Origin: Azolla caroliniana
Lineage: Eukaryota > Plantae > Polypodiophyta
NCBI GenBank assembly: GCA_043228905.1
Contig: JBHGNT010000014.1
Location: 3,968,001-4,032,000 of the forward strand
Length of the DNA: 64,000 nt
Direction of reading: 5' to 3'
Position 1 is the first letter of the stretch, and the number at the start of each line of letters is the position of its first letter. Below are positions 51,514 through 63,328 of the stretch, in pieces. A program made the translations under genes and the position numbers. A model generated the notes under the pieces. It did not search any database. It saw nothing but the letters and a program-made list of their open reading frames with translations, and was not told the origin of the DNA.

Positions 51514-52255
51514 TGTCGTGAAGATCTGTCACTACGTGTGGATCGTGAGGCAGAACCACCGGGGTCCTGGACAGGAAGGATTCGAAGTTTGCACTAACTT
51601 TAGTGAGAAAGTATTTAAGATAGATTGAGAGAGATTGATATGACGAAAGAGAGATATTGAGATAAAGATTGAACTTTTAACTTTTAGATTTCAGAGAGAA
51701 GATAAAACAACAATGGGATTACAAGTTTCTTATTTTTCCCAAATTTTTCATTAGTTTTCATTTGCTTGATTCCTCCACTCTTTTATCTAGATGCCCCCAT
51801 GCATATGGTGCATGTGAGGGTGCAAGACATGCACGTAATGCATGCTTGCCATGTCATCATCTAAGCTCTCATGTATGAGAATTTACATGTAAAAGTATAA
51901 TAATAAAAATATAGCTTCTAAGGAAATGACTTGGCTCGCCGTCCGGTTTCGGTTGGCCAAAACCTTTACAAGTAGTTACACCACACCCATTCATCCGGTT
52001 AGTTTAGCTCAAGTCACCTTGAACATTCTATGATCCACTCATAGACACAAAGTAATAGATTTTGGCCCTGCTTATTTACTATGGGATCCTTATTTGTCCT
52101 GTCTATGTGGGATATCTCGTAGTTTTGTTTTTTTCTCTTCTTTTTCGCAAACTTAATACCCACATAACTTGCCACTTAGTTGTTCGTTTCTTATGTGGTA
52201 AAGTGTATTCGAAAGTTCTTGAAGACCTCCATCTTTTTGTACCAAGATATTAAAC
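51514..52255 (-). mobile_element. LTR fragment related to the Trp-primed family
   Basis: Minus-strand end TCCAGGACCCCGGTGGTTC...CACGACA resembles the LTR ends at 26115 and 6389; right boundary uncertain. Confidence 0.55.
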
Positions 52256-52617
52256 TAGTATAAGGGTGAAAGCATGCGAGTGGAAACAATTAGCTATGTC
52301 CTTGACATAGCTAATTAGCTATGCAAAAAGCTACCATTGATAAATAGTCATTTTAGTAAAAAGCCATCATTAATAAATTAAGTATGCAAAAAACTACCAT
52401 TGAAAATACTAGAGGGTTTTAATTACATATGTAAATGAGTGCCATAAATGTGCAACATAAATTGATGTGTGCACCATAAATGTGTACCATAAATTATATA
52501 TCGAATTCCTAGGTCCATTATGCATGATCCTTTGCCACATCACGTAGGCCATCTCTAGTTGAGTACTGTGGGTTAGTTGCTACCACTGTTGCTAAACCCT
52601 ATCAAGTCCACCTGCCG

Positions 52618-53300
52618 CCACTCTACACTGAGGGGCCGCTACTGTGCGTTCCAAGCATCATCAAAGAACTGCTCAATCTGACGGGGTTCTCTTCTCTGTG
52701 ACACTCTACACTCAGGGGCCACTATTGTGCATTCCAAGCATCATCAAAGAGCTGTTCAATCTAACGGGGTTCTCTTCTCTGTGCCACTCTACACTCAGGG
52801 GCCATTACTGTGCGTTCCAAGCATCATCAAAGAGCTGTTCAATCTGAGGGGGTTCTCTTCTCTGTGCCACTCTACACTCAGGGGCCATTACTGTGCGTTC
52901 CAAGCATCATCAAAGAGCTGTTCAATCTGAGGGGGTTCTCTTCTCTGTGCCACTCTACACTCAGGGGCCGCTGCTGTGCGTTCCAAGCATCATCAAAGAG
53001 TTGTTCAATCTGACGGGGTTCTCTTCTCTTTGCCACTCTACACTCAGGGGTTGCTACTGTGCGTTCCAAGCATAATCAAAGAGCTATTCAATCTGACGGG
53101 GTTCTCTTCTCTTTTCCACTCTCACTCAGGGGCCGCTACTGTGCGTTTCAAGCATCATTGGTAACTGTTCAATCTGACGGGGTTCTCTTCTCTATGCCAC
53201 TCTATTCTCAAGTGCCTTCTATGTGCGTTTCAAGCATCATCGGTAACTGTTCAATCTGACGGGGTTCTCTCCTCCATTGCCATCATTCTATACTCAGTTG
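52618..53300. repeat. Tandem repeat, ~8 x 83 bp, decaying rightward
   Basis: ORF starts recur at 83-bp intervals (52644, 52727, 52810, 52893, 52976, 53059). Confidence 0.93.
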
Positions 53301-54399
53301 CCACTACTGTCCAGTCCCGGATTGCTTCCACATTTCGATTTGACGGAGTTCACTCATCCAACGGCAACATTCTACACTCAGTTGTTGCCATTGGTCGGTC
53401 TTGGATCGCCTCCTCAACTGTTGGATCCAACGGAGTGAAATCCTCTACTGTTCGGTCTTGGATTGCAATAACTTTTCTGTCTATTGATTATCTTGTGTAT
53501 TGTTGTGTCTAATCTTGTGTATTGTGTGGAATATTTTTGTGTATTGTTGTTGCCCATAGCCATCTTTAATACTTGTTTTTTTTTCTGGAAATTTAGGGTT
53601 TTAACATGTCTAGCCAAATGGAAGGGGAAGAAGGGTGTTTAGAATTACCCCTCAATGATCATAAGGATAGGGATGATGTTATCAGGACACAACAAGCCAT
53701 ACGAAACTATTGGGCAGAAAAAAAAAGGAAACATCGTCAATTGTTGAAGGATACGAAAGCCACACTCAGTAAAGGTAAGGATAGTTTAGCTGAGAATGTA
53801 AGTGATGCGACTACCATCATAGAGAGAAAGGTTGTAGACTATTTCAATGTTCAAACCAAGCACATCAGCAATGAAGAAAAGAAGGTAGTACTTTATGGAA
53901 TATGTAATGATCCATCGATAAAGGACTTAGTTGATTGTGATGGTCTTAATGCAAATATATCATCTATTTTAGTAAATAATCTTCGTAATAGTTTCGTATC
54001 CATGAGCAGGTCAGAAGATGATCTTGTCTTAAAAATGTCTAGTCTAATGATGTTACTTAATAGTGATGTTGACGATATAAACATCAGTGAGCTATCTAAG
54101 GTAATTGGTGTTAGTAGAAAAACAGTGTACAATACAATGAACCGTATAATTTCCTCGGGTGAAGGAACTAGTCTACTAAAGCTAACTACAAGATGTAAGC
54201 CAATGACACCCATAACATTTGAAATCAAGGATGTAATCACAATGTTTTGGACTAATGAGAGTAGGGTTTCACCCAATAAAAAGGATTTATGCAGGAAACG
54301 TGTTGGAAGAAATCAATACGAGGAGCATCCCATTCATCTTCTTGATGTACCTCAGGTATTTACATTTATCTCAACATTTGTTTTGACTCTACTCGGAAA

Positions 54400-55705
54400 G
54401 TTAATTAGCTCAGTTAGCAGAAAAGCTAATTAGCTTATCAGTTAAATTTACCTCAGTTAGCTACTAGGATCGCTACTACATAGGTAACTAGCTACTCTCA
54501 ATAGTTACTACCATGATAGCTAATTAGCTATTCTCAATAGCTAATTTAGGTACTACCAGATAATTAGTTGTACTGGAAGCTAGTTAGCTATCATGGTAGC
54601 TAGTTTGTTATTTCGTTATTACCAGCTAATTAGCTACCATGATAGCTAATTAGCTTACTAGGATAGCTAATTAGCCACCGTGATAGCTAATTAGCTACTA
54701 GACCAGCTAATTTGCTACCATGATAGCTAATTAGTTAGGATAGCTAATTAGCCACCATTATAGCTAATTAGCTACTAGACCAGCTAATTAGCTACCATGA
54801 TAGCTAATTAGTTACTAGGACAGCTAATTAGCCACCATGATAGCTAATTAGCTACCATGATAGCTAATTAGTTAGGATAGCTAATTAGCCACCATTATAG
54901 CTAATTAGCTACTAGACCAGCTAATTAGCTACCATGATAGCTAATTAGTTACTAGGATAGCTAATTAGCCACCATGATAGCTAATTAGCTACCATGATAG
55001 CTAATTAGCTACTAGACCAGCTAATTAGCTACCATGATAGCTAATTAGTTACTAGGAAAGCTAATCAGCCACCATTATAGCTAATTAGCTACTAGACCAG
55101 CTAATTAGCTACCATGATAGCTAATTAGCTACTAGACCAGCTAATTAGCTACCATGATAGCTAATTAGTTACTAGGAAAGCTAATTAGCCACCATGATAG
55201 CTAATTAGCTACCAGACAAGCTAATTAGCTACCATGATAGCTAATTAGTTACTAGAAAAGCTAATTAGCCACCATGATAGCTAATTAGCTACTAGAGCAG
55301 CTAATTAGCTACCATGATAGCTAATTAGCTACTAGGACAACTAATTAGCTACTAGGACAGCTAATTAGCTACCATGATAGCTAATTAGCTACTACGACAG
55401 CTAATTAGCTACCATGATAGCTAATTAGCTACTAGAATAGCTAATTAGCTACTAGAATAGCTAATTAGCTACTAGAATAGCTAATTAGCTACTAGAATAG
55501 CTAATTAGCTACCATGATAGCTAATTAGCTACTACGACAGCTAATTAACTACCATGATAGCTAATTAGCTACTAGGACAACTAATTAGCTACTAGGACAG
55601 CTAATTAGCTACTCGAATAGCTAACTAGCTACTCGAATAGCTAACTAGCTACTAGAATAGCTAACTAGCTACTAGAATAGTTAGCTAGTTACGAGAATAA
55701 CTAAT
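54400..55705. repeat. Intronic array of palindromic 12-mer AGCTAATTAGCT with ~8-nt spacers (~20-bp unit)
   Basis: Dozens of units; spacers ACCATGAT, ACTAGACC, ACTAGGAT, ACTAGAAT recur in higher-order patterns. Confidence 0.95.
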
Positions 55706-57508
55706 TCCCCTTTATTACGCAGGTCGATTTATTTATTAGGTTCAAATGAATGCATCCAACTATCAAAGTTCAACTACGAACATTCGAGTCTCTTAAGCCA
55801 CACTTTGTGAGACGCTTAAAGGATCGATACACATGTTGTTGCATTTACCATGTACAGATGGGTTTTCTGAAGGACTCTGTTAATCTACTACGTCACCATA
55901 GCGCATCCCTAACTAATACAGTTTGCACATATGGGTGCCCAATCTGTCGATCAAGCCCGCAAGAGGAGTGTAAATCATCTGAGCACGTTATCTCTTCCAT
56001 GAGTTATTTATTAGATTCAATATTGTGTCCGAGAGAAACTAACGCTATCTTCCATATTCATAAATGTGTCATGGGTTTATGTCAAGATTGTGGCCCTACT
56101 AGATTTAGGTGGTGTCCAAATGAATTGAGTAGTGAAATATTGATCTCTGTGAAGTTATTTGAGTCAGTGAACACCAATTTCGAAGGAAAGGTGTGTAAAA
56201 GAAAGGATCTAGTTCGGAAGATGCTTAAACCAAGGGATTTGGTGTCTCTGTTTGTAGTGTCTCTAGGAAAGTTCATTAAACACAACTTCATTTATTCATG
56301 GCCGGCCCATCAATTTAAGACTTGCATATCTGATTTCCCAAATGATGTAGTAGTCTCAGTAGTAGATTTTGCAGAGAATTATACTTTCAAGCAGCAGAAT
56401 GAAATTCAATCTATGCATTGGTGTTCAGTTCAGGTAACCATTTTTGTGCACATAACATATTTTCGAGTTTCAGGTGATGTTAAAAAAGTAATTCATTTCT
56501 TTATTTCCGATGATAAGAAGCATGATACCTTGTTCGTCCAACACTGTTTTAAGTTACATTGGCAGTGGTTATTAGCTCAACGTTTGGAGCTTACTCAACA
56601 TTGGGTCTGGTCTGACGGAGCTGCGTCACAATTCAAGGCTCGACGTCCATTTTATTTTGTGGGGAGGTATCTTGCTATAACAGGTTTGGAGATGAGATGG
56701 AATTTTTTTGGGTCTGGCCATGGTAAAGGTGAACATGATGGTGCAGGGGCTGTTATAAAGCGGGCACTTACCCATGAACAACTAAAGACAGATGGTGTGC
56801 ACATGAATTGTGCATCACATGTAGTTGAATTTTTAAGAACAAATATGTCAACGAGTGCCACAGGTGTTTATTCCTCGCAAGTTCGAGATATCAAACGTGA
56901 ATTTTGGGAAGTGAAGATAGATGAAGTAAATAGGGAGAAGACCTGGGAGTGCCAAGGAATTCCCGAATTGCGATCTCTGCATGTTGTTCGCGGTTATTCC
57001 AGGTTGGATGGTCATTGTATTGCGGTTAGAGAATTGACTTGTTTTTGCTTCCATTGTGTGCAGGGAAATTGGAGATATTGTCTAAACAAAGCATACATTC
57101 AGAATTGGGAGTATCACACTCTGAATGATAAGGAAGCAGTTGATGGAGAAACAGGGCAGAATGCTGACTTCACATATGAGGGACTTGGAGATACTTTGAG
57201 TGATGTCCTGAACGTTGGGGATAACTTCGCTGTAAATGCTGAAGAAGGCAATTCAGAGGGTGCTGATTTCTATATATTAAAGTGCACGGTTAGTAAACAG
57301 TGTGCAAGGCAGAATATTGTAGATGCATGGGGAAATTTTGTATCTGCCGGGACATTCTACATCGAAGGCATTTTTTATGCAAAACTAGATGACTACGAAT
57401 ATGTGTACAGGCTGTTAGAAGACAAACCAGCGGCGTATATGTACTCTCATTTGGTCAGATGCATCAACGTCCCAATGTCAGAATACAATAGCTGCTCCGG
57501 TTTATACA

Positions 57509-60500
57509 TGTTGCAAACCCGCGCTCGGCCACAACCGAGGAATAGGATCTACTCACAGAAAACAGGAAATACAGAATGCACGAAGACAATAGAGAGAAAG
57601 GTACACTGGATGTTTTACGTGGAAAACCCTAAATGGGAAAAACCACGGGAGTCCTCAACCTCCAACTATCACTATGAACAGGGATGTACAATGGTGAAGC
57701 TACAAGGCAACAACCTTGAGCTCACTGTCTTCGCCACAGGCGGCGGCAGTACACAGAGGCAACGACCTCTTCGTCTCTCTCTCTCTCTCTCTCTCTCTCG
57801 GCTGCTCACTTTTCTCTCTCTCAGCTGAAAACATAAAAATGAGCAACAACATAAACTGTTTGCCCTAAGTCATATTTATACACATATGACTTTCGGGCTA
57901 TTTACAAATATAGCCTCAAGGGCTCTTGGCAAACATATTCACAAATATGTCCCTGCATCCGGATCTCTCTCCGGGTACATTCGTCATCCGGCTCCGTAAC
58001 CGGGGTCTTCAGCATCCGGCTCCGTAGCTGGGGTCTTCATCATCCGGCTCCGTAACCGGGGTCTTCAGCATCCGGCTCCGTAGCCGGGGTCTTCATCATC
58101 CGGCTCCGTAACCGCAACCGGGCTTGCCGTCATTTATCTCCGGACATCCCATCCGGAGGGACCGAAATCCCAACAAACTCCCCCTTCACTTCGGCATGGG
58201 ATGTCTCTCCAATCCAATCCTCTTCCGGCATGCTTCCAGCTTGTCGGGTGTGAGCACTTTGGTCAGCATATCTGAGCCGTTCTCGTCCGTGTGGATCTTC
58301 GTCAGCACGAACTCCTGGTCTTCTATCCTTTCCCGGATCCAGTGATATCTTCGCTGGATGTGCTTCGTCCGGGAGTGATAGGCCGCGTTCTTCGCAAGGT
58401 GGATGGCACTCTGACTGTCACAGTAGAGTCGGTACTCCTCCTGCCGGATACCGAGCTCTCTAATGAAGTCCTTCATCCATATCATTTCCTTGCCGGCTTC
58501 AACAGCCGCCATGTACTCCGCCTCCGTGGTTGACAACGCAACCGTCTTCTGCAGCCTCGACTGCCACGAAACAGCTCCCCCTGCATACGTCATCACATAC
58601 CCTGATGTGGACCGGCTGGTATCTGCATCAGCCAACATATCCGAATCGGTAAAGCCGTCGAGTTCGGGCTTACCGGAGCCGAATCGGAGGCACACGTTTG
58701 CCGTGCCCTTCAGGTATCGGAGTATCCACTTGACCGCATTCCAGTGCTCCTTGCCGGGATTGCTCATGTACCGGCTCACCACTCCGACTGCGTATCCTAT
58801 GTCCGGTCTTGTACACACCATTGCGTACATCAAGCTTCCGACGGCAGAAGCATATGGTACTTTCATCATGTCCTCTTTCTCAGCCTTTGTCTTGGGGCTT
58901 TGCTTGCTGGACAGCTTGCAGTTTGCCGGGAGGGTTGATCCGACCGGTCTTGCTTCCGACATGTTGAACCGGTGAAGCACCTTTGTTACGTACTTCTCCT
59001 GTGACAGCCACAACTGCTTCTTCTTCCGGTCTCGGATGATGTGCATCCCTAGTATTTGCCTCGCCGGACCCAGGTCCTTCATTGAGAAGGTTCGGTGAAG
59101 TGCTTTCTTCAGCATCCGTATCTTGCCCTGGTCCCGTCCGACGATCAACATGTCGTCCACGTACAGGAGGAGTATTAGAGAGTCTCCTCCTTCGAACTTC
59201 TTCACAAACACGCAGTGATCGGACTGCGTTTTGTGGTACCCTTCGTCGGTCATGAAGGAGTCGAACTTCCGGTACCATTGCCGGGGAGCCTGCTTCAGTC
59301 CGTAAAGGCTCTTCTTCAACCGGCATACCAGGTGCTCCTTCCCTTTCTTCTCGAATCCTTCAGGTTGCTGCATGTAGATCTCTTCTTCGAGGTCACCGTG
59401 AAGGAATGCCGTCTTCACGTCCATCTGTTCTACCTCGAGGTCCATGCTTGCCGCAATGCTCAGCACCGTCCGAATGGAGGTCATCTTCACTACCGGGGCA
59501 AATATCTCGTCGAAGTCGACGCCCTTCTTCTGCTGGAACCCCTTCACCACGATCCTGGCTTTGTATCTGGGGGGGTTTCCGGCATCTCCCGGTTTCAGCT
59601 TGAACACCCACTTGTTTCGAAGTGCCCGCTTTCCTTTCGGCAACTCCACAAGTTCATATGTGTGGTTCTCATGCAGGGAATCCATCTCCTCCTGCATGGC
59701 ACTTAACCACCTGCGGCTATGGGTGTCAAGCTTTGCTTCTTCAAAACTCTCCGGCTCCCCCTCGTCGGTTAGCAGCACGTGCTCTGGTTCCGGAAATCTC
59801 CGGGGGGCCCTTCTCTCTCTTAGAGGGTATCTCCGTTCCGGAGCTTCGGTAACCGGCTGCTCCGTTTCCTCTTCATCCGAATCCATTTCGGGATCGGGGC
59901 CGGTTCCGGTATCATTTTCATCTTCTTCGGCCGGTTCTGTTTCTTCACCGTCTTCGGCCGGATCCTCGAGTGCTAACCGGTCCCTTGCGGGTCGGGACTG
60001 CTCCTCGTAGAGTTGATCCTCACCGGTCGACTTGGAGCTCTTCATCTTCTTCTCCGACTCCCAGTCGGCGAGTGTCTTGTCCTCCATGAAGATGATGTCT
60101 CGACTCCTGAATATCTTCTTGTCGACCGGGTCCCATACTCGGTAGCCGAACTCGTCGTCGCCGTAACCGAGGAATATGCATGGCCGGGTCTTTGGATCTA
60201 GCTTTCCTCTCCGGTCCTTTGCCACATGCACGTATGCGAGACACCCGAACACCTTCAGATGCCGGTAAGATACTTCCCTACCGGTCCACACTCTCTGCGG
60301 CGTGTCTCCGTCCAAAGGTACTGAGGGTGATTTGTTTATCACATATGTCGCCGTCGACATTGCCTCAGCCCAAAATCCCTTGGGTAATTTCGCATGCGCC
60401 AGCATACTCCGGACCCTCTCCATTATGGTCCGGTTCATCCTCTCGGCCAGCCCGTTCAGTTCCGGCGTCTTCGGCACAGTAAACTCGAGCCGGATTCCCT

Positions 60501-62899
60501 TCGAGCGACAGTACTCCTGGAACTGCCCCCGGTATTCCCCTCCGTTATCCGCTCGTATCGCTTTCAGCTTCTTGCCGGATTCCCTTTCCACTCTCGCGTG
60601 AAGTTCTTTGAAGACGCACAACACTTGGTCCTTTGTCTTCAACGGTGCCGTCCACAGCTTCCGGCTGTGGTCATCAATGAATGTCACGAAGTACTAGGCT
60701 CCGCCATGTGACTTCGTTTCTACTTGACCCACGTCAGTGTGCACCAGCTCCAATGGTGCGCTACGTCTCGTCGGTGGCCTTGAGTGGAAGGAGGTCCGGT
60801 TTTGCTTACCGGCCAGGCAGTCGGTGCACTTCTCCAGGTGCACATGCTTCACTGGAATAAGGTTGTCTTCTGCAAGCCTCTTCATCCCCTTCTCACTCAT
60901 GTGGCACAGTCTCTTGTGCCACAGCTCACCGGCAGTGTCGGCTGCCACGTTCAGCTCCTTCGGACATAGCCGGGAATTCATCAGGTACAGAGTGTTGACC
61001 TTCCGGGCCTGAGCCACTATCAGGCTCCCCTTGCTGAACTTCATGACACCGTTCCGGATGCTACCAGTGTAGCCTTCATCATCTAGCCTCCCGGCCGAGA
61101 TCAGGTTCAATCGAACCTCCGGAACGTGTCGAACATCCTTCAGCAGCATCTTGCATCCGGTTGATGTCATCAGCCACACGTCTCCTATGCCGGCAATCCG
61201 GCATGTACCTTCATTTCCCATCCGGACACAGCCGTGCTCACCGGCTGTGTAGGATGAGAAGTATTTCTTCTCCGGGGTCAGGTGGAATGACGCTCCGGAA
61301 TCGACCACCCAGGTCATCTCTTCACCGGCAAGGTTCAGCTCCGTCTCTTCGGTAATGAGCATTATCTCTTCTTCACTTGCCGCGAGTGCCGTCGTTCCTT
61401 TCCGGTCCTGCCCTCGCCGATCCGGACCTCTCCGGTCCGTGGCTCCCCGGTATGCACCGTTTCTCTCCGGTGACTTCTTCGAATCGGTGTCGACGGCTCC
61501 GTTGTCCTTTCGGTAATGCCAACAATTCTTCCGGAAGTGCCCCGGCTTCCCACAGTGGAAGCATGTGGGCCTTCCTCTTGACTGCGACCGGGTCCCCGAC
61601 TTCTCCCGTCTTTGCGGACTCCGGTTCCATTGTCTTCCCCGATCCGATTCGGTAAGCAGCGCCTTCGAGTCGGAGGCCGGTTCTTTATCTCTCCGACGCG
61701 CTTCTTCGTTCAAAATACTTGTCTTTACCGTTTGTAAGGACAAGTTATCTTCGGTGCAGGAGGTGCTGAGAGTCACCACCAAGTTCTCCCAGCTTTCCGG
61801 CAATGTACACATCAGGATGATGGCTTGCATTGCATCCTCCAACGGGAACTTGATCGCCGCAAGCTGGTTCAAGAATCCCATGAACGTGCTTACGTGTTCC
61901 ACCATACTCTCGCCGTCCCGGTACTTCAGGTTCACTATCTTCCTCATCAGGGAGGTCCGGTTCAACGCATTCTTCCTCTCGTAGAGGCCCGACAGCTTCC
62001 GCCACATCTCATAGGCGTTCGTATCGTTCGCCACATGTTGCAGAACACTTACATCGACATATTGCCGGATCGTCGCTACGGCTTTCCGGTTCAGGAGCTT
62101 CCACTCCGACTCTATTACCCCCTTGGGTATCTCGGCATTGTCGATCGGTTCGTACAGGTCTCGGACGATGAGAAGGTCTTCCATCTTTATCTTCCAGTCG
62201 GCGTAGTTCTGTGAGTTCAACACCATCATGCCCGGAGGCCCACTACCGCCGCCTTCCATTTTCTGTGTTACCGTCGCTCTGATACCACTTTGTTGCAAAC
62301 CCGCGCTCGGCCACAACCGAGGAATAGGATCTACTCACAGAAAACAGGAAATACAGAATGCACGAAGACAATAGAGAGAAAGGTACACTGGATGTTTTAC
62401 GTGGAAAACCCTAAATGGGAAAAACCACGGGAGTCCTCAACCTCCAACTATCACTATGAACAGGGATGTACAATGGTGAAGCTACAAGGCAACAACCTTG
62501 AGCTCACTGTCTTCGCCACAGGCGGCGGCAGTACATAGAGGCAACGACCTCTTCGTCTCTCTCTCTCTCTCTCTCTCTCGGCTGCTCACTTTTCTCTCTC
62601 TCAGCTGAAAACATAAAAATGAGCAACAACATAAACTGTTTGCCCTAAGTCATATTTATACACATATGACTTTCGGGCTATTTACAAATATAGCCTCAAG
62701 GGCTCTTGGCAAACATATTCACAAATATGTCCCTGCATCCGGATCTCTCTCCGGGTACATTCGTCATCCGGCTCCGTAACCGGGGTCTTCAGCATCCGGC
62801 TCCGTAGCCGGGGTCTTCATCATCCGGCTCCGTAACCGCAACCGGGCTTGCCGTCATTTATCTCCGGACATCCCATCCGGAGGGACCGAAATCCCAACA
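57509..62899 (-). mobile_element. Full-length, young Ty1/Copia element B
   Basis: LTRs 57509-58175 and 62291-62899 near-identical; TSD ATACA; iMet PBS 62276-62287; PPT 58176-58185. Confidence 0.97.
58186..62259 (-). CDS. Copia B gag-pol with one in-frame stop at 60694-60696
   Basis: 540-aa and 833-aa ORFs in the same frame; the TAG corresponds to CAG in Copia A. Confidence 0.93.
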
Positions 62900-63328
62900 A
62901 TACACTGTTGGTGCTAATGTGTATGAATGTATTTACAATAGTATGCCATGGAATTTGTAGCTACAAGTAGCAGTTACCATGTTCTCTTGTAAACAAACAT
63001 GTATTTCGCGAAAACAGTTAAATAAATTCGTTTGGAATCAATTTCTTGTATACAGTCTGCTTTCTGTGCTTCTTTCTCAATAAAATCATGTCTTTTTTGT
63101 TAAGTTTTAAGTTATAAGTTATAGCGAAATAGTCATCAGTAGCTAATTAGTTGTACAAATGCAGCTAATTAGCTGTACAAATGCAGCTAATTAGCTGTCA
63201 ATAGCTAAATAGTCATCAATAGAATGAAATCAACAATCTGCAACATATTCCTCAAATTACACAGTAGATAAGTACAGTGGGAACAAGTAATTAAATTCTT
63301 CATTGAATAATGTCATCTCTTTACATAT

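Larger units (their letters stand above)
53606..62960 (+). pseudogene. Sola2-like DDD transposase: exon 53606-54355, exon 55723-57508 continuing at 62905-62960
   Basis: Phase-0 GT..AG intron; CCCIYH, VDFAENY, EIQSMHW, SDDKKHD, WSDGAASQFK, FFGSGHGKGEHDG; TGA at 55747-55749; Copia insertion. Confidence 0.75.

Noticed and set aside
54400-55705. CRISPR array
   Set aside because: 12-bp repeats with recurrent 8-nt spacers, no cas genes, and located in a eukaryotic intron
57509-57828. C-terminus of the 692-aa ORF
   Set aside because: Read-through into the Copia LTR; the true end resumes at 62905-62960
60694-60696. Programmed readthrough in Copia B
   Set aside because: Stop lies within integrase and Copia A has CAG there; a simple C>T mutation
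28336-62214. Many short antisense or overlapping ORFs over Copia and Gypsy genes
   Set aside because: Shadow frames of GC-rich coding sequence with no recognisable motifs
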